From: Sarea resinae
Taxonomy: Eukaryota
Direction: 5' to 3'
DNA length: 64,000 nucleotides
Assembly (NCBI GenBank): GCA_026026165.1
Contig: JAPEUD010000004.1
Span: 372,001-436,000, forward strand
The notes under the pieces are model-generated. The model saw nothing but the letters and a program-made list of their open reading frames with translations. It was not told the DNA's origin and made no database searches. Shown here one piece after another: positions 25,901 through 39,100 of this stretch. The position numbers were made by a program, and so were the translations under genes. Position 1 is the first letter of the stretch; each line of letters opens with the position of its first letter.

Positions 25901-28900
25901 CGACGGCTTTGGAGCAAAGCATTCAGGAGCCATATCTGAAGGTTTGATTGGTGCTGCCAAGACTCCACCACAGCCTTTTGATCGCTTTGCAAATCTTCGA
26001 GAACAACTCTAGGTAGGGTAATTGACGGACCACGGTAGTCGGAGAGCCTTCTTTGTAGAGCAAGCCGGAGCTGCTCAAATCTTTCTGTTCATGGGCAAAG
26101 TTGAAGACAGTATAGACCAAATGATCTGCACAGACAGCTTAGAAAGCGTGGGATGCCACCGAAAGGAGCTTCCAGCCCCAGGGCCAGTTGCTCGGCGGGC
26201 GGTGAAGCTTGCAGTCACTCGGGTCTCCCAACATAGGTGTTAGTTGCGGTGGGTTTCGAGCCGTACAATCGAGGCGGTCAGAGACACGCGAAGAGAGCGA
26301 GCGTACAAGCAGTGAAGAATAACAAAGCCCTTCTATTAGTGCGATTGGCGTTGTTGTAAAATTGAAACACTCTTATTACTCGTGACTGGGAAATGCCAAA
26401 ATTCAAGGTCTTCAACGCTTTTTCAAGTCTTTCCTACCGAAAATCTTCAAACCAGAAACGCAACCCAATTGCAATAATGGACATTGAGAGGTGGTTCCTC
26501 TGATCTAAGTGGGCCAAGAGTAAGACCCAAACTTCATTGAGATGCATCGAAGGCGTGTTTTCTCGAACGAGACTAAGACCGTTGCTGCCAACCCTTTTTA
26601 AAGAACCACCTACTATGTAGTACCAGCGCTCCAACATCAAAGAGACGGAAAATGAGCGTCCATCTGGCACTCGGAATCTTTCCGAAGTTCATGGTTCACG
26701 AGCACGACTGAATGGAGGAATGGGCGGAACTCGACGCTGTCAGCATTATCGTATAGCCAACCAATCGCAACATAGAGATCCTCAGACTGAAGGAAGGATC
26801 GGAACGTGATCCGGTCCGTAACCGTTGCATGCGGTGGCTTCTCGCTTGGCGGTTGCGCCGAGACGATTCAAAGTAACATTGTCGGAGGTTCAGCATTGAG
26901 GAGCCCCTGTTCATCCGGACAGTTGTTGAGTTGTATGACTGCGCCGCAAGCGCAATGATGCAAGCTCCATCACACTCGCAGAGCGTTGGATGTGATTGGA
27001 AGATGGTGGCAGAATCTGCAGAGCATCCACCGCAGGATTTATTCGAAATATCATACGCCTCAATGATGGGTTCTAGCCCAACGGAAGGACGAAAGAGGAG
27101 AAAATAAGAGAACTAGACTAAGATCAACTGGCTATCCCCAAGCGATGGCCGACGATCAATTGACGGCCCAATGATAGCAATACTTCGTCCAGTACGAAGT
27201 ACGCACGAAGTACATATCTCTTACTCGATACACGAGCGCACGAGCGCGAGGACGGGTTTGGTAGGTAGTTCGCCCCAGCCAAGGCGACAAGGACAAATAG
27301 GGCAGTACTGTGGTATGTAAGCATTCGACTCGAATACGTCCGTAAGGCCGAAGAGAGATCTCCAATTAGTGGAAAATAATCCCTCCAGAAAACGTGCGCA
27401 GAAAGTAAAAAGAGTTATCGGCCCATCTGCTGATTACCTTAGAACTGAAGGGGCATAGATTTGATATCTCAATTGACCGTTTGACAATTAGTTTTCGACT
27501 TAGCAAGGTAGATAGCTCCAGCGTAGAGTGCTCTTTACCTTAGGCCGGACTTCGTGCCTTCTGATCGCGGATGTCAGGGTTGAGGCTAAGGCCACCCGAA
27601 CGTGGCTGGTGGGGAGAGCTGGAGACCTCCAGCTTTCTATCGGAGGCCGACAAGCCCGGCTGCTAGATGTAACCTACGATGTACGAAGTACTTTATAGGT
27701 ATTCTCCGTATCTTCTTTCCTTCCCTTACTGTTATTGGTAGCGATAGTAGCGATACGATTGACTCTTGTGCTGCCGGCTTGGCTAGATATACTTCAGGGT
27801 ACCTACTCGTAGTACTCCGGAGCAGACAGGTCAGCATCGACAGCCAAGAAGATAGAGTAGGATCACGATCCGAACCTGAAGGCGTATACTAGCACTCTAC
27901 TACGAGGTAGGTAGTCGATGGAGGTAAACGGCATTGGGGATCGTCCTCGCATGGCGAAGCCGTCATTACCCGTCTGTTCGCCGTCCGCTCGCCGTCCAGT
28001 TGCAGAAGCAAGGCCAGAGAGCATCAGGCGCCAGGTGAACTACCTCCACGAGAGGTACCTGACCTAAGTTTACCGTATGGAATGGCTGGTTGTCCATCAA
28101 CTGCACAGTCTGGCGGACTGTCCCTCTCGTGTTGTTTCCGACTCCCTAGCTGGAGAGGAAGGTACCGTGCTGGTCAGTTGGAGATAGATGACCTTTCCGT
28201 GGCTTCACCTGAGACGATGCGCACTATCTTAAGCCCTCCCACGTTGTTGCGGGCATTCCGTCTGCAGAGCACGGCCTCTCCCTCTCGCTTCCATCAACCG
28301 GGAATCGACCTTCACCTGGTTCTGCAGCTCTGCAAGGTACGCGGATACGCGGTACGCCCTTTCACCGCGGCTGCGCACATCGCTTGAAGTACCTCACAGT
28401 CCCCTTGGTGTCTTACCAGCATACCTTACGCAGTAGAGGCCGAGGACCTTCGCGCCAGGTACCTTGGGTAAGGTGCGCACCATTCACGTTGGCTCTTGGC
28501 ATCCATTTCATTCCGGCACAACGAACACATTCATCACAGTTCAACATCGGGTTTGAAATTGCAAAAGGCATTAATATAGAGCTCATCACGCATACTACGT
28601 AATCGCATGGATATGTTGTACGTATCTCGATCTGACATGGTGAGCCAGATTGCGGATGTCCCCTCGTCAAGCAGGATGTCAAGCTTTGACAAGGTGCTCT
28701 CCTTTCTGCGAGACAGGCTTGCGCAGTGACATTCACAATGGGTAGAGATCACCGATTGATTACTAGTCGCGACGGCGTATGTACTACGTAGTACACAGTA
28801 CAGCGCTTCCATCGTATCTCATCGATGATACCATCTCTTGATATCTACCTCCTTGGCGTCAGCTACCTTCAACACCGCCGACGCCATTCCTTGTGTCTTG

Positions 28901-31750
28901 GGACCTCGTGCGGTGCCTCTTAGCTGTATCATGACCTTGTTTACCTTTTACCCTCTTGGAATCCGCCGAAATAGAACAGCAAGACAGGTAGCCCCCCGGT
29001 GCGGGCTCTGAGGCCGACCGGGAGAATGGTGCTAGGATCAGTTGCGGCAGCCCCCTACAATTTGGATATTCTTGAGTACTGATGTACTGCGTATGGGTAT
29101 GCATACCTCTTGCGGCAGGAGAGGCCAGGCCCGATGACGGAGTTGAATGGATAGCATGAATAGGCGCGCATGCTATTGATCTGTGTGGGGAACGCTTTCC
29201 TGCATTTCGAAATGAAGACTGGAAGGAAAAGAATCCTCCTGTGCGGCAAAGACAGTAAGACAACTTCGATCGTCCTTGGGTTTCATCGAGATGTGCCGGG
29301 AGTGGGAGTACGTACTCGCTACCTGACTCGGAGATATGAAAATCATCACGGAGATCTCTCTTCTAAGCGGTCCTTCGCCGAATCACTGCAGTACTGAGAT
29401 CGAGACGCTACAGCCTAGGTTGAGACTGCGAAGACTGGAGACAGATGGAGGAAGACTAGGCGGAGTTACTCTCCCCGGTTCCCCTCGATCGCGGCTATGG
29501 TGATCGAAAATGGAGGAACGTTCAGAGACTGGATCAGACTTGATTTACTCAGCATGACCAAAGCAACAACAGGCATCAGAGCTCGCTTGGCAAAACTCAC
29601 TACTGCCCCTCGATCCCCTTCGGTCGCTTCTTAGCCGCCTTTTGTGGAGGACTATCGACGCTATCGGCGCTATCGACACAGGGCCGAGCTGCTAAAAGTA
29701 CTACGTACAGGCTCAGGAGCTAAACCCCGGGGCTAGTCTTACCGTAGACTCGATCCCTTTTCGGAAACACTCCGTATCCAGAGCATGGATAGGTGCGCGG
29801 AATGGATACCTCACCTTACCCTCCTCCGCTGCTTCGATCATGACCTTTCGACCATGTAAGCCGCAAGACAATCGTCTGTTGAGCGAGTTGGCCTGTGAGG
29901 GAGGTAGCCAAAAGCAAAGGCACACCTTGATCACAGGCACAATCAACTGACTACAGACTACTGGCCACTAAGTTGGAACTGACCTTCTATGTTACGTTAC
30001 TGCGGCGTTACTTGGCTCTCCCTCGCACGTCTGTCTGCTCGTAGTAGCTCTAGCACGATGGTACTGGCGGGTGGGTACCGATTGAACAAGCCTGTCAGCG
30101 TGTCTGCCTGCTTCTCAAGGACTAGTCAATCAAACATCCACTGGATGATTACATACATGCACTCGGAGTACACGAGCAGACAATAATTTTGGGGGCTACG
30201 GGTACCGTTCCAGGATACTCCAGTACTAGGTAAGTTGGTCGTCTCCTCAGAATCCCAAGGAACTGGGACTGCTATGCGGGCTCTTATCTACTAAACCAAT
30301 CTATGGCGTGGCGGACAAAGCCTGGGGACATGGGCCCTGGTTAAAGGAGCTCCAGCATGTAGTAGCGACAGAGGTCCCTCCTCCAATCTTACCCGGAAGC
30401 ACGAGGGCACCCATCGAAGCAGAGCCCGACCTTCGTCATCAGGGCCAATTGGAGATCATAGGCGTCGCCCCAATGCAGCAACGTCACGGCGCGGCGTTCG
30501 TACCAACTGTCAGGCCCGAGGGGCCTATTCAGACACGAGTACTCCGGAGTAGATCGATCGAATGACTTTGCCTTTGCCCGTGCCCCGAGTGGTTGTGGAC
30601 AGAGGGCCTGGAGAGCTCTCTTCTCCTTGCCTCTCCTCAGAGCAGCCCCGCGGCAAAGTCAAATCGATGCTCCTGCTGTAGGCTGCGGCGTCTAGGTGAT
30701 GCGGGCGCTGTGCTTCGCACATGTCGACGATGCGATGGGCCGGACTCTCTAAATCCTACCTAACGACGGGCAAGACAGGAACTATTTGCGGGCAGAAACG
30801 TGGTTGGGCGCAATGGACACTATACAGAAACGCTTTTCCATCTTCTCCGTACCTTGACATTTTTCTGCTGGAGCCCCGTCTCCGAATAGACCGAGGGGAC
30901 TGACTCCATCACGCACGAGCGCTAGTAGGGGCCCCAAGAGCCAGCGACAGGGAATCGCAAAATCGACCAGGACACTTAGCCAAAGAGAAGCCGGGGCTAG
31001 CACCAATCCTAATCGCGCGAAGGAGTCGAACCTCAATGTTGGTCCATGGCTGCGAATCCTCCCTCATCAGTCATCGCCACTGATATGTCGCGAGACAAGA
31101 TCTCTGTAATGTCACCTTTTGTTAAACTAATGGTTGTCTTGTCAGGCAAGGATTGCTTAATCCTCATGGCTTCCCGGGATCTTGGTTTTCGCGATTGAGA
31201 TCTTCCAGTTCCTTTTGACCTTGCATTCTCCACCTTCTGCAATTTCCATGTCTCTTTTCGTAACAGTCTCTTCCTTCTCTTCCTTCTCTGGACACGGCGG
31301 TCTTTCAACGTCCGACCTCCTCCAATATCTGACATGAAGAGCGAGCTCTCCAGGTAGATATATAGCTCTGGATATACGCCCAGTTCGGCGCAGCGATTGG
31401 CCCCTCATCGCCGAGTTCATCGGTGTACTCGTCATTCTAATCTAGCCAGTTTGACCACTTTCCAGTCTACTCGCTTCCTCATTGGTAAACATTCACAAGC
31501 CGGCTTGACAGTAAACATCGTTCCTGCAATAGCATTCAACCTCTGCGCAAAGAGCTTCTGGAGTTGGGATTTTCATTGCCTGGATGATTTCCTTTCCTTC
31601 AGGATAGGACAGTGTCATAGTGCGCGTGCTATTGGACGACTTGGTTTAATGCTGTGGATAAATACTCTCGAGTTGAGTGCTCAGAGTGGGGTCAATTCAA
31701 ACCCACCGATCTTCTTCCAGAAGCCCCATCAAACGGGTCTTTCGACGGGT

Positions 31751-33153
31751 ATGTCCTACGATCCTTTCTCTCGGCCTTCTTCCGTACGCGTCACGGAAGC
31801 GCTGGCGCCGCCTCGACGTAGCAGTCACGTTGAGTCTCCACGGACTTCCAAACAAACTATGAAACCTTCGACACAGCCTCAGCGGCGGAGAAGGTCATCC
31901 AAGAACACATCGCCAGCCATTCATCGATCAGCCTCGTCACCGAATGTACGAAACCTAAGTGGCGTCGATGTCTCGGGGATGTCCGCTGCAGAGAAAAGAC
32001 GAAACAAGTTGGGATATCATCGAACATCCGTTGCTTGTGGTATGTTGCAAGTCATCGAGGGACATTCGATTAATTGGACTCAATACTTATTTGGAAGCAG
32101 GTCACTGTCGAAGACGAAAGATCAGATGCTTACTAGCACCGGACGATGCACAAGGTAGATGTTCAAATTGCATCCGGCTAAAAAAGGAGTGCAATTTCTT
32201 CCCCGTGGATCAGTCGCCACAGACCGAGCAACGCGCCGGGACGACATCAAAGACAGGTGAAACTTCAAGGGATATCTCAGCATCGTCCTCATCGTCACCT
32301 GCTTTAGCACCCGTGCAATATACTGACGGTACTGATAATTTCGAACAATATCCCCCTCTGTCGTTCCTTGAGCGAGACGAGTTTACTGAGCTGAATCGGC
32401 CTCGCGGTATTCCAGGTACGTCTTCAAAGACACTGGAGTTGCTCTGGAAAATGGAAATCTGATATTTTGTCAACAGCAATTCCACATCCTCTCGGGTTTG
32501 GTCAAGCGATAGAGCAGTCTCGTCCTATGGGTGACTCACCCCTGTCGCAGGGAACTCGAACGCCTACCAGTGGGAAACCATTCCTTGAGGACCCTTCAAA
32601 TTCTTATTGGAGGTTGACGGATTCATCCCCTACCACTACGGGTTATCCTATGTTTTCCTACGCCTCATCAGCTGCTCCAAGCTTTCCACAGTCTGACGGT
32701 GCTATCGAATTTACGCGCCAGTCGACCAGCGATGGCGGATGGCCGGCTTACACGAGGTCTATGTCTTTCGGGCGTGCCGACGGGGTGTCGAACTATTACG
32801 GGGCGCCTCAACCTCGGCAGGGCTATCAACGCCCGATTTCGCCAGACCTCTACCCGCCTTCCTTAAATACAAGCCATACCTCCTCAATGGACTCTATGTC
32901 CGAAGCAAGCTCAGCACCATTGTCAGCACCAGCTGGAAGCCAGCACGGCCTACATAACTTAGGATACACCAACGGCTGGGGTGGGATTGGCGGCCCTTCA
33001 CCCGGAACGGTGGTTGGGAAGGGAACTGATGGTTCTACTCCCTGGTACGGCGAACCAACACAACTGACACAGGTGGAAGAGGAAACAAGATCTCAATTCC
33101 CTGGAGGTGGACCTTCAATATACTATTCGGGCGAAAACTATCGTCCCGAATGA
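31751..33153 (+). CDS. Zn(II)2Cys6 binuclear cluster transcription factor without an evident middle homology region
   Basis: Exons 31751-32039, 32101-32415 and 32477-33153. Motif KRRNKLGYHRTSVACGHCRRRKIRC..CSNCIRLKKEC. The start is uncertain because the ATG overlaps a possible GTATGT donor at 31749. Confidence 0.85.
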
Positions 33154-36100
33154 CAGCGTCGCTTAGACCAAACCGATAAACCGATCGGATTGCATACACG
33201 ATTGTGATCCTGCCGTGGCTACGGGATGGGCTTACAGCATAACAAACGTGACAAGCCACATCTGTCGTGTAAATGTTCGATGGTATCTCAGTGGATGGCT
33301 CTCATGGACCAGGCGTGTGGAGTTCGATTTGCTAACCCCAGCATGCCCGTCACTCCGTCTTCTCCTACAAAGCTTGACATCCCGAGAGATACCGGATCGG
33401 CTGTCTGTCAGCAAGACCGAACTTGGTTGAACAATATGCACTGGAAATCCCTCCCCTGAAGACCTATGAGATTCTTCTTCGGCCGATCTTGTCTAGGTCG
33501 GCCCTCGAGTTATCTTATCCATCACTATCCATCCGCGCTTTTTCTGTCGACAGTTATTGGCCGGCCGCGTTATGTCGTCATCTCACATCAATGTGAAGAC
33601 ACTGGAAATTTCCATTGTCCTCGGGTTATTCCGATACCTATACGGGCAGCATTCAAATCAATTCATCGAGCGAGTGTCGATGTCTATTAGCCCGCTACGG
33701 GACTTCATGCCCATTCGAAGTCGGAGGAGTCTCCACCGTGGTCGAATCCAACCATCCTACGATCTATTGACACCTTGGCGCTACGAATTGAAAGGAGGTG
33801 GGAAGTCTCGAGCGAAGACAGCGCTTTGAAGGCTTCAACCTCCCTCGGCTCGCCGGCTTTGTACATATAGCTCGAGCTACTACGATAAACAATCTCAGGG
33901 TACATCATGGCGCATGACTACTCCCAAGTATAAGGCTCAACGCAAGCTATGCTGCATTTGATGAGCCGCTGCATATTCCAATACCACCAAGCTAGAATCA
34001 AGCTGTAAAGCGAGCAACTGTATTTGGCTAGAAACTACGATCTCAACCAACTTCTTTTGACATGGGACAAATTACCATGTCTGAGCCTGCTGGAAAAGTA
34101 CAGAGATAATCTGGGCAGGCTGGTACTTCGGGTTCCGTCAGGCTCCTAGCAGCCGATGAATTTCAGCGCTTTGGATTGAGCTCTAGGCATGTGCTACAAT
34201 AGCTTGGGCGATTTGATCACCTTGTTATTCACCTGATTACCTTGTTGTTCGGTGAACAATAGCAAGCGCACTTCGAACAATAAGCCATACCAGCGCCGAT
34301 ACCTTTGTGTCTGAGAGTAATCTGGGCTGAATACCTCCACTGGATCAGAAGCCGCTCAAATGTGTCTGCAAGGTCATGGGAATGAAGGTACTCTGTGGAA
34401 TCCATCGATCCGTCGGCTTGCTGAGGACGGTCAATTATGCCAAAGTCCAATGAACGCTGCTGTTATGGATTGTGAGGCACATTCAAAAGCTATATTATCC
34501 TGCAGAGCTTTTGAGATCCTAATAACGTTTCGGAATATCGATGATAGCGAATTCTTTGGAAGGGCCGTGCTCCCAGGGTGCCGGGTGACCGTCCATTTCC
34601 ATAATGCATCTTGCATTTTCTCCGGATCTAAGTGCCACCATGGTTGGGAAATCGTCGGCTAGAAAGCATCCATAGATGTGAAGCCATTATGCTACGAGTA
34701 TGTAACATGAGAACGGAAAAGGACCATTGCACACCGATGATAAGCCAACACAACCTTTTATCTATGTAGACGTATCAATTAACGCAACTTGAATCTGTCT
34801 GAACCCGGTAACACGACGATTGGCGAGGAAATGACGGGTGCGGTCTACAGTAGGGTAGGTAGACACCTTATGGTCGTAATTCTTCGATTAATACCCCGGA
34901 TGTGAATCTGAGTTACCCTAAGGTAGCCTATCTTGCGCAAACGACAGCCATGCAGCGATGATAACATCTTAGCGTCCGGCGTGCGCTGATAACGAAAGGC
35001 CTGATGAGTCCATCACAACGAGTGATGATGAATGATTGCGAGCTGGAGAAAGGAAGATAGCCCCGGGGTCTTGTGTCATGTTCCCAGATGAGGGAGTTAT
35101 CTGAATAGAGCTTAGTTTCTCAGTGAACGACACATGATTGACGACAATTTGGGTGTTATCTAAGCAGCTGCATATCTCCATATCTTTCCGTGGCGGTGTG
35201 TTCCAGCGATATCACGAAGATCTCTTGCTATCTCCTCCGCGCAGCGAATAATTGCCCTGCCCGTATCTTTCGTGCAATATTTTCCTTTCTTATCGCCAAG
35301 TAACCGGCATCTCTGGTGCCACAGATGCTATAAAGAAAGCCTGGGCCTCCGCAAATATTATTTTGCATCGGCCTACATAAAGATGGCCTCTTGCTCTTCT
35401 TCGGGACCAGGGCTCTCGTCTCATCGAAGGGCTTAGTCCGTACCTTAAGCAAGCAGACCGGCGAAATGGACTCTCGCGCCCTGGGCTATGAGAACACCTA
35501 CATAATCGACGGCATCCCGATGGACCTTCTGGCGCCCTCGTGCTTATTTTGACACTGTTCAATAATATCATTCTACATGCATCACGGAAGCAGGCACACC
35601 TGAAGTCAGCGGCAGCAGTGATTTTAGCGGGCAGTGCAACCACCTGACCTCGATGGCCTTCGACGACGGCAATCACGGAACACGTCACGACCTACTCGGC
35701 ACTCTCGACGGTCCAGCGGAAGACGAAGATCGAAACATGGACGAAGCCATCATCTCCTTATTATTGACTGCGTGAAGCACGGCGGATTTGGCTAGACCAA
35801 GGATGGCAGCTGGATGGGAAGGTAGCCTTTTCTCGGCTCTTTGGTTGGACAATAATCATTTGTCTCCAGCCTCTACTCTCCCCCACGCGACAGGCTTCAC
35901 TCATCAGGCCATGAGGACACCGGCAAGTTGCTTGGGGTATTGGAAATTATTATCCATCCATTGGCAATACGATCATTCTCGTCCGTTCTTCATCCCACGA
36001 GGATCCTTGTATCGTCGTGTGTCCATGCCGTCCCACTCCATACGCGGCGGCCGTACGCATAATTACGTCCGTTTCCTAGGTCAAGAGTGGAAGAAGGTAT

Positions 36101-39100
36101 GTATGTACCTCGAGGACGCCAGCGGCAGGTGCACTCGACAAACGCACTGCACGCGACAAGCCTACTACAATGGTCTTCGTACCTATGTACTAGATAATTC
36201 ATGCCCCAGACATGGTTGATAATCTCGAGTGGTTTCGTTGGACTTTCTCATCTCCGATCGGGGTTGAACACTGTCTTTCGCGATGCAGAATCAATAAGGA
36301 CGCAGGGATTAGCAGAGGATAGGGAGGGTCGCTGGATCACCTTTCGTCAACTTGGGCACTCTGCAGCTCCACCCTCTGCAAGCCGTGTGGGGGTTTGCGC
36401 CAGGGTATTGGTGAGCAGAGCAAGATCGGCAGTTCGTGGGCAGAAGGCGACGGATGCGACGCGACGCCTCTCCAACGTCGCGGTCTTTTCGTCCTCCAGC
36501 GAGACTACGAAGGATGATGATGTCCGGCATTTCGATCATGGTGGCTCGTCGAGATTGCTCCGGAGCGCATGCAAAGAGCGGTGGTACTGACCCCAGGTCT
36601 GCCGGACACATTGCCGCAATTATTCTGGATCGCGCAGTCGATACGACGAAGGAAAGCAGAGCAGAGCCGAAGCAAAGCACATTCTAAGGTGGACTTCATA
36701 AATTGGTCGAAGCGCAAGGCCCCCACTTCGTGCCTTTCGGAGAGCCGTGTGGCTGCACGCCATGAGCAAAGGTTCGCGTCCAGACTCTCTTAAACCTTGG
36801 TTTGCCGTATGCGTTCCAAGTACGGATCAAGGTAGATTGACCGGTGATTGGCTGAATGGCGCTAGGCCGCCTGCTTCAAGCTCGTCCATCTACGGAGTAC
36901 TCTCCAGTGTTCCCTGTGCAAAGTACTTCGTACAGAGCACTACCTCGTAGCTGCGAGGCGAAGCGCTGTACAGATACAGCACGCGGCAGTCACTCTACTT
37001 CGAATCGGGATCGAAGTGTACTTACCTAGTACCTAGCTTGACGTGTCTTACTCGAGGTACCTTGGCTATGGGAACTCCCTTACTACCACGACGCCCGTCT
37101 TCTCCTCTCTACTCTCCTCGGTGTAGTCGCCCATCTATGCTATTAACAGGCTCGATGAAGATTCAGGACTGCAGAGCCGGACGAGTCAGAAGGCCTTTTT
37201 CATGCAGGGACGATGTCAAGGCCCATTGTCCCCCTATCACGCTACTGTCACTCCAGACACCTAGGTACCTTGGCCGACGAGTCCCCTTCTCGTCTCCATC
37301 ACCGACCGGCCGTGGCGTCGTGGAGGCTGCCCCGCAGCTGCCCCAGGGAATGATTCCCTTAGGAGATCTACAAATCGCCTCGCGTGGCTCACCCAAACGG
37401 GCATTGCGTCCGTCAATCTTCCAAGATGTCCTGGATCTTCTCCTCGACGTCGTCCATTGTCGCCCCTACCAGGTACTCCGTACCCCTCCGGAGTTCCGCC
37501 TATACCGCAACCTGGCTGTAGCCGGCTATTGTTCAATCGCCTTCTAGAAGAGAGTTGCCTTTGCGACGCACACTACCGAACAGTACTTCGTCGCCGGCGC
37601 TACTAGGATTTGGCCGACCAAGCGGCCGCAGCTTGATCCATCATTCAGTGATGGGATGGAAGATGACCTGCAGTTGATTTGAGAAAAGACGTCTTCTGTT
37701 TGGTTGATCGCTGTCTGCACATACTATGTAGGTGGGTCGTGCCCAGAACCTACCTATTGTTGAGTGTGCTCTGCATCCCACGCCGAGTCCGCATCCGAGT
37801 CCGTACCAAGCGCGAAATCTACATACCTACACATTTCAATGCTTACTTTGTAGGAGGGTGTGTGAACCGGGATTCTGGCCGTTCGCTATTACAGGACTTC
37901 AGACTTGCGACCCTATTTATGCCTACCATCACAATGTAGCGCATTGTCATCAGTAGGCTATGGTGAACGTATATTTCTTCGTATAGCTGAGGAACCAGGA
38001 GCATTGAATATCGGAATTGTAAACGGACCGATCGATGTTGAGGTGTTTGTTGATCGCAATCACATGGCGCCGAACTCGGGAGTATGGCGACCCTGAAAGG
38101 GCCTTTTAGGTTGCTCTCCTAGCGTACCTTACACTTTTCCACCGACTTGTTCGAGAAGCTCCACCTCGCTAATCGATGGCGCCGGCCATTCGTAATGCGC
38201 CTTCAACGACTCGCTTTTGCGTTAAGGTACTTTACCCGGCACATGCGGCTCTCAAAGGGGAGCTATCTAAATCTGTCATGGTCTGTCCCCGCCAACGATC
38301 GGATGCAGCAGCGCTGGCGTCTGCTAAGGTAGGCAGTAGTAACTTGGCCAAGTGAATGATTCGGGTGACTGCTATGGCCGCGCTTCGGGACAAATAGGAA
38401 GGGTTTTGATATGCGACGTTCGAGTTCGACATGCGGATGCATGAGACAACATCCGTCGTAGTCTGGCAGACCGCAATAGCTATATACTAGTAGACGGTTT
38501 TTGGACCAGGTCATTCCTGGTAAACTAGGACTAAAGCTGATTATGGGTTTGGGAGAGTTCGGATGAGAGTCGCGATGGCGACGGACGATACGTACGCTGT
38601 TAGAAGCAGCATCCAGTCTCACTCAAGATGAATGAGCGCCCGTAGCTCCATCAGCAGGAGCAGGGCTGCAGTTGGCGCGAGGGGGGTACTCTGCACAACA
38701 GTCACGTTCAACGGTCGTCTCCGCAGTGGCCCAGCCTCAGAGAGGACTCCGCAAAATCGTCTAGATTTTCTGCTATGAGCAACCTCTTCTGCAAGCTAGA
38801 TCGAGAGTTTGGAGACAGTGGTCGGGCAAGACAAGCGCAACGAAACGGCAACGTGACATCAGCCACCGGTCGCGTCGATCGGGACTGACTTCTCGAGGCT
38901 ACCCGTGAACGGGGCATTTCATAGCAAGCCGGAGTACTACTACGAGAGGTACGAATACGCTACAGTTTCACCTGGACTAGATGATTGTGCTCGAGGAAAC
39001 CCTGCATAACTTCGAGAAGACGGATGCATTGATGCTAATTGAATCCTACCCCAAAGACTGCCGTCATATCCTCAGCAACCTGCTGGTGGCGAAGTTTTGG

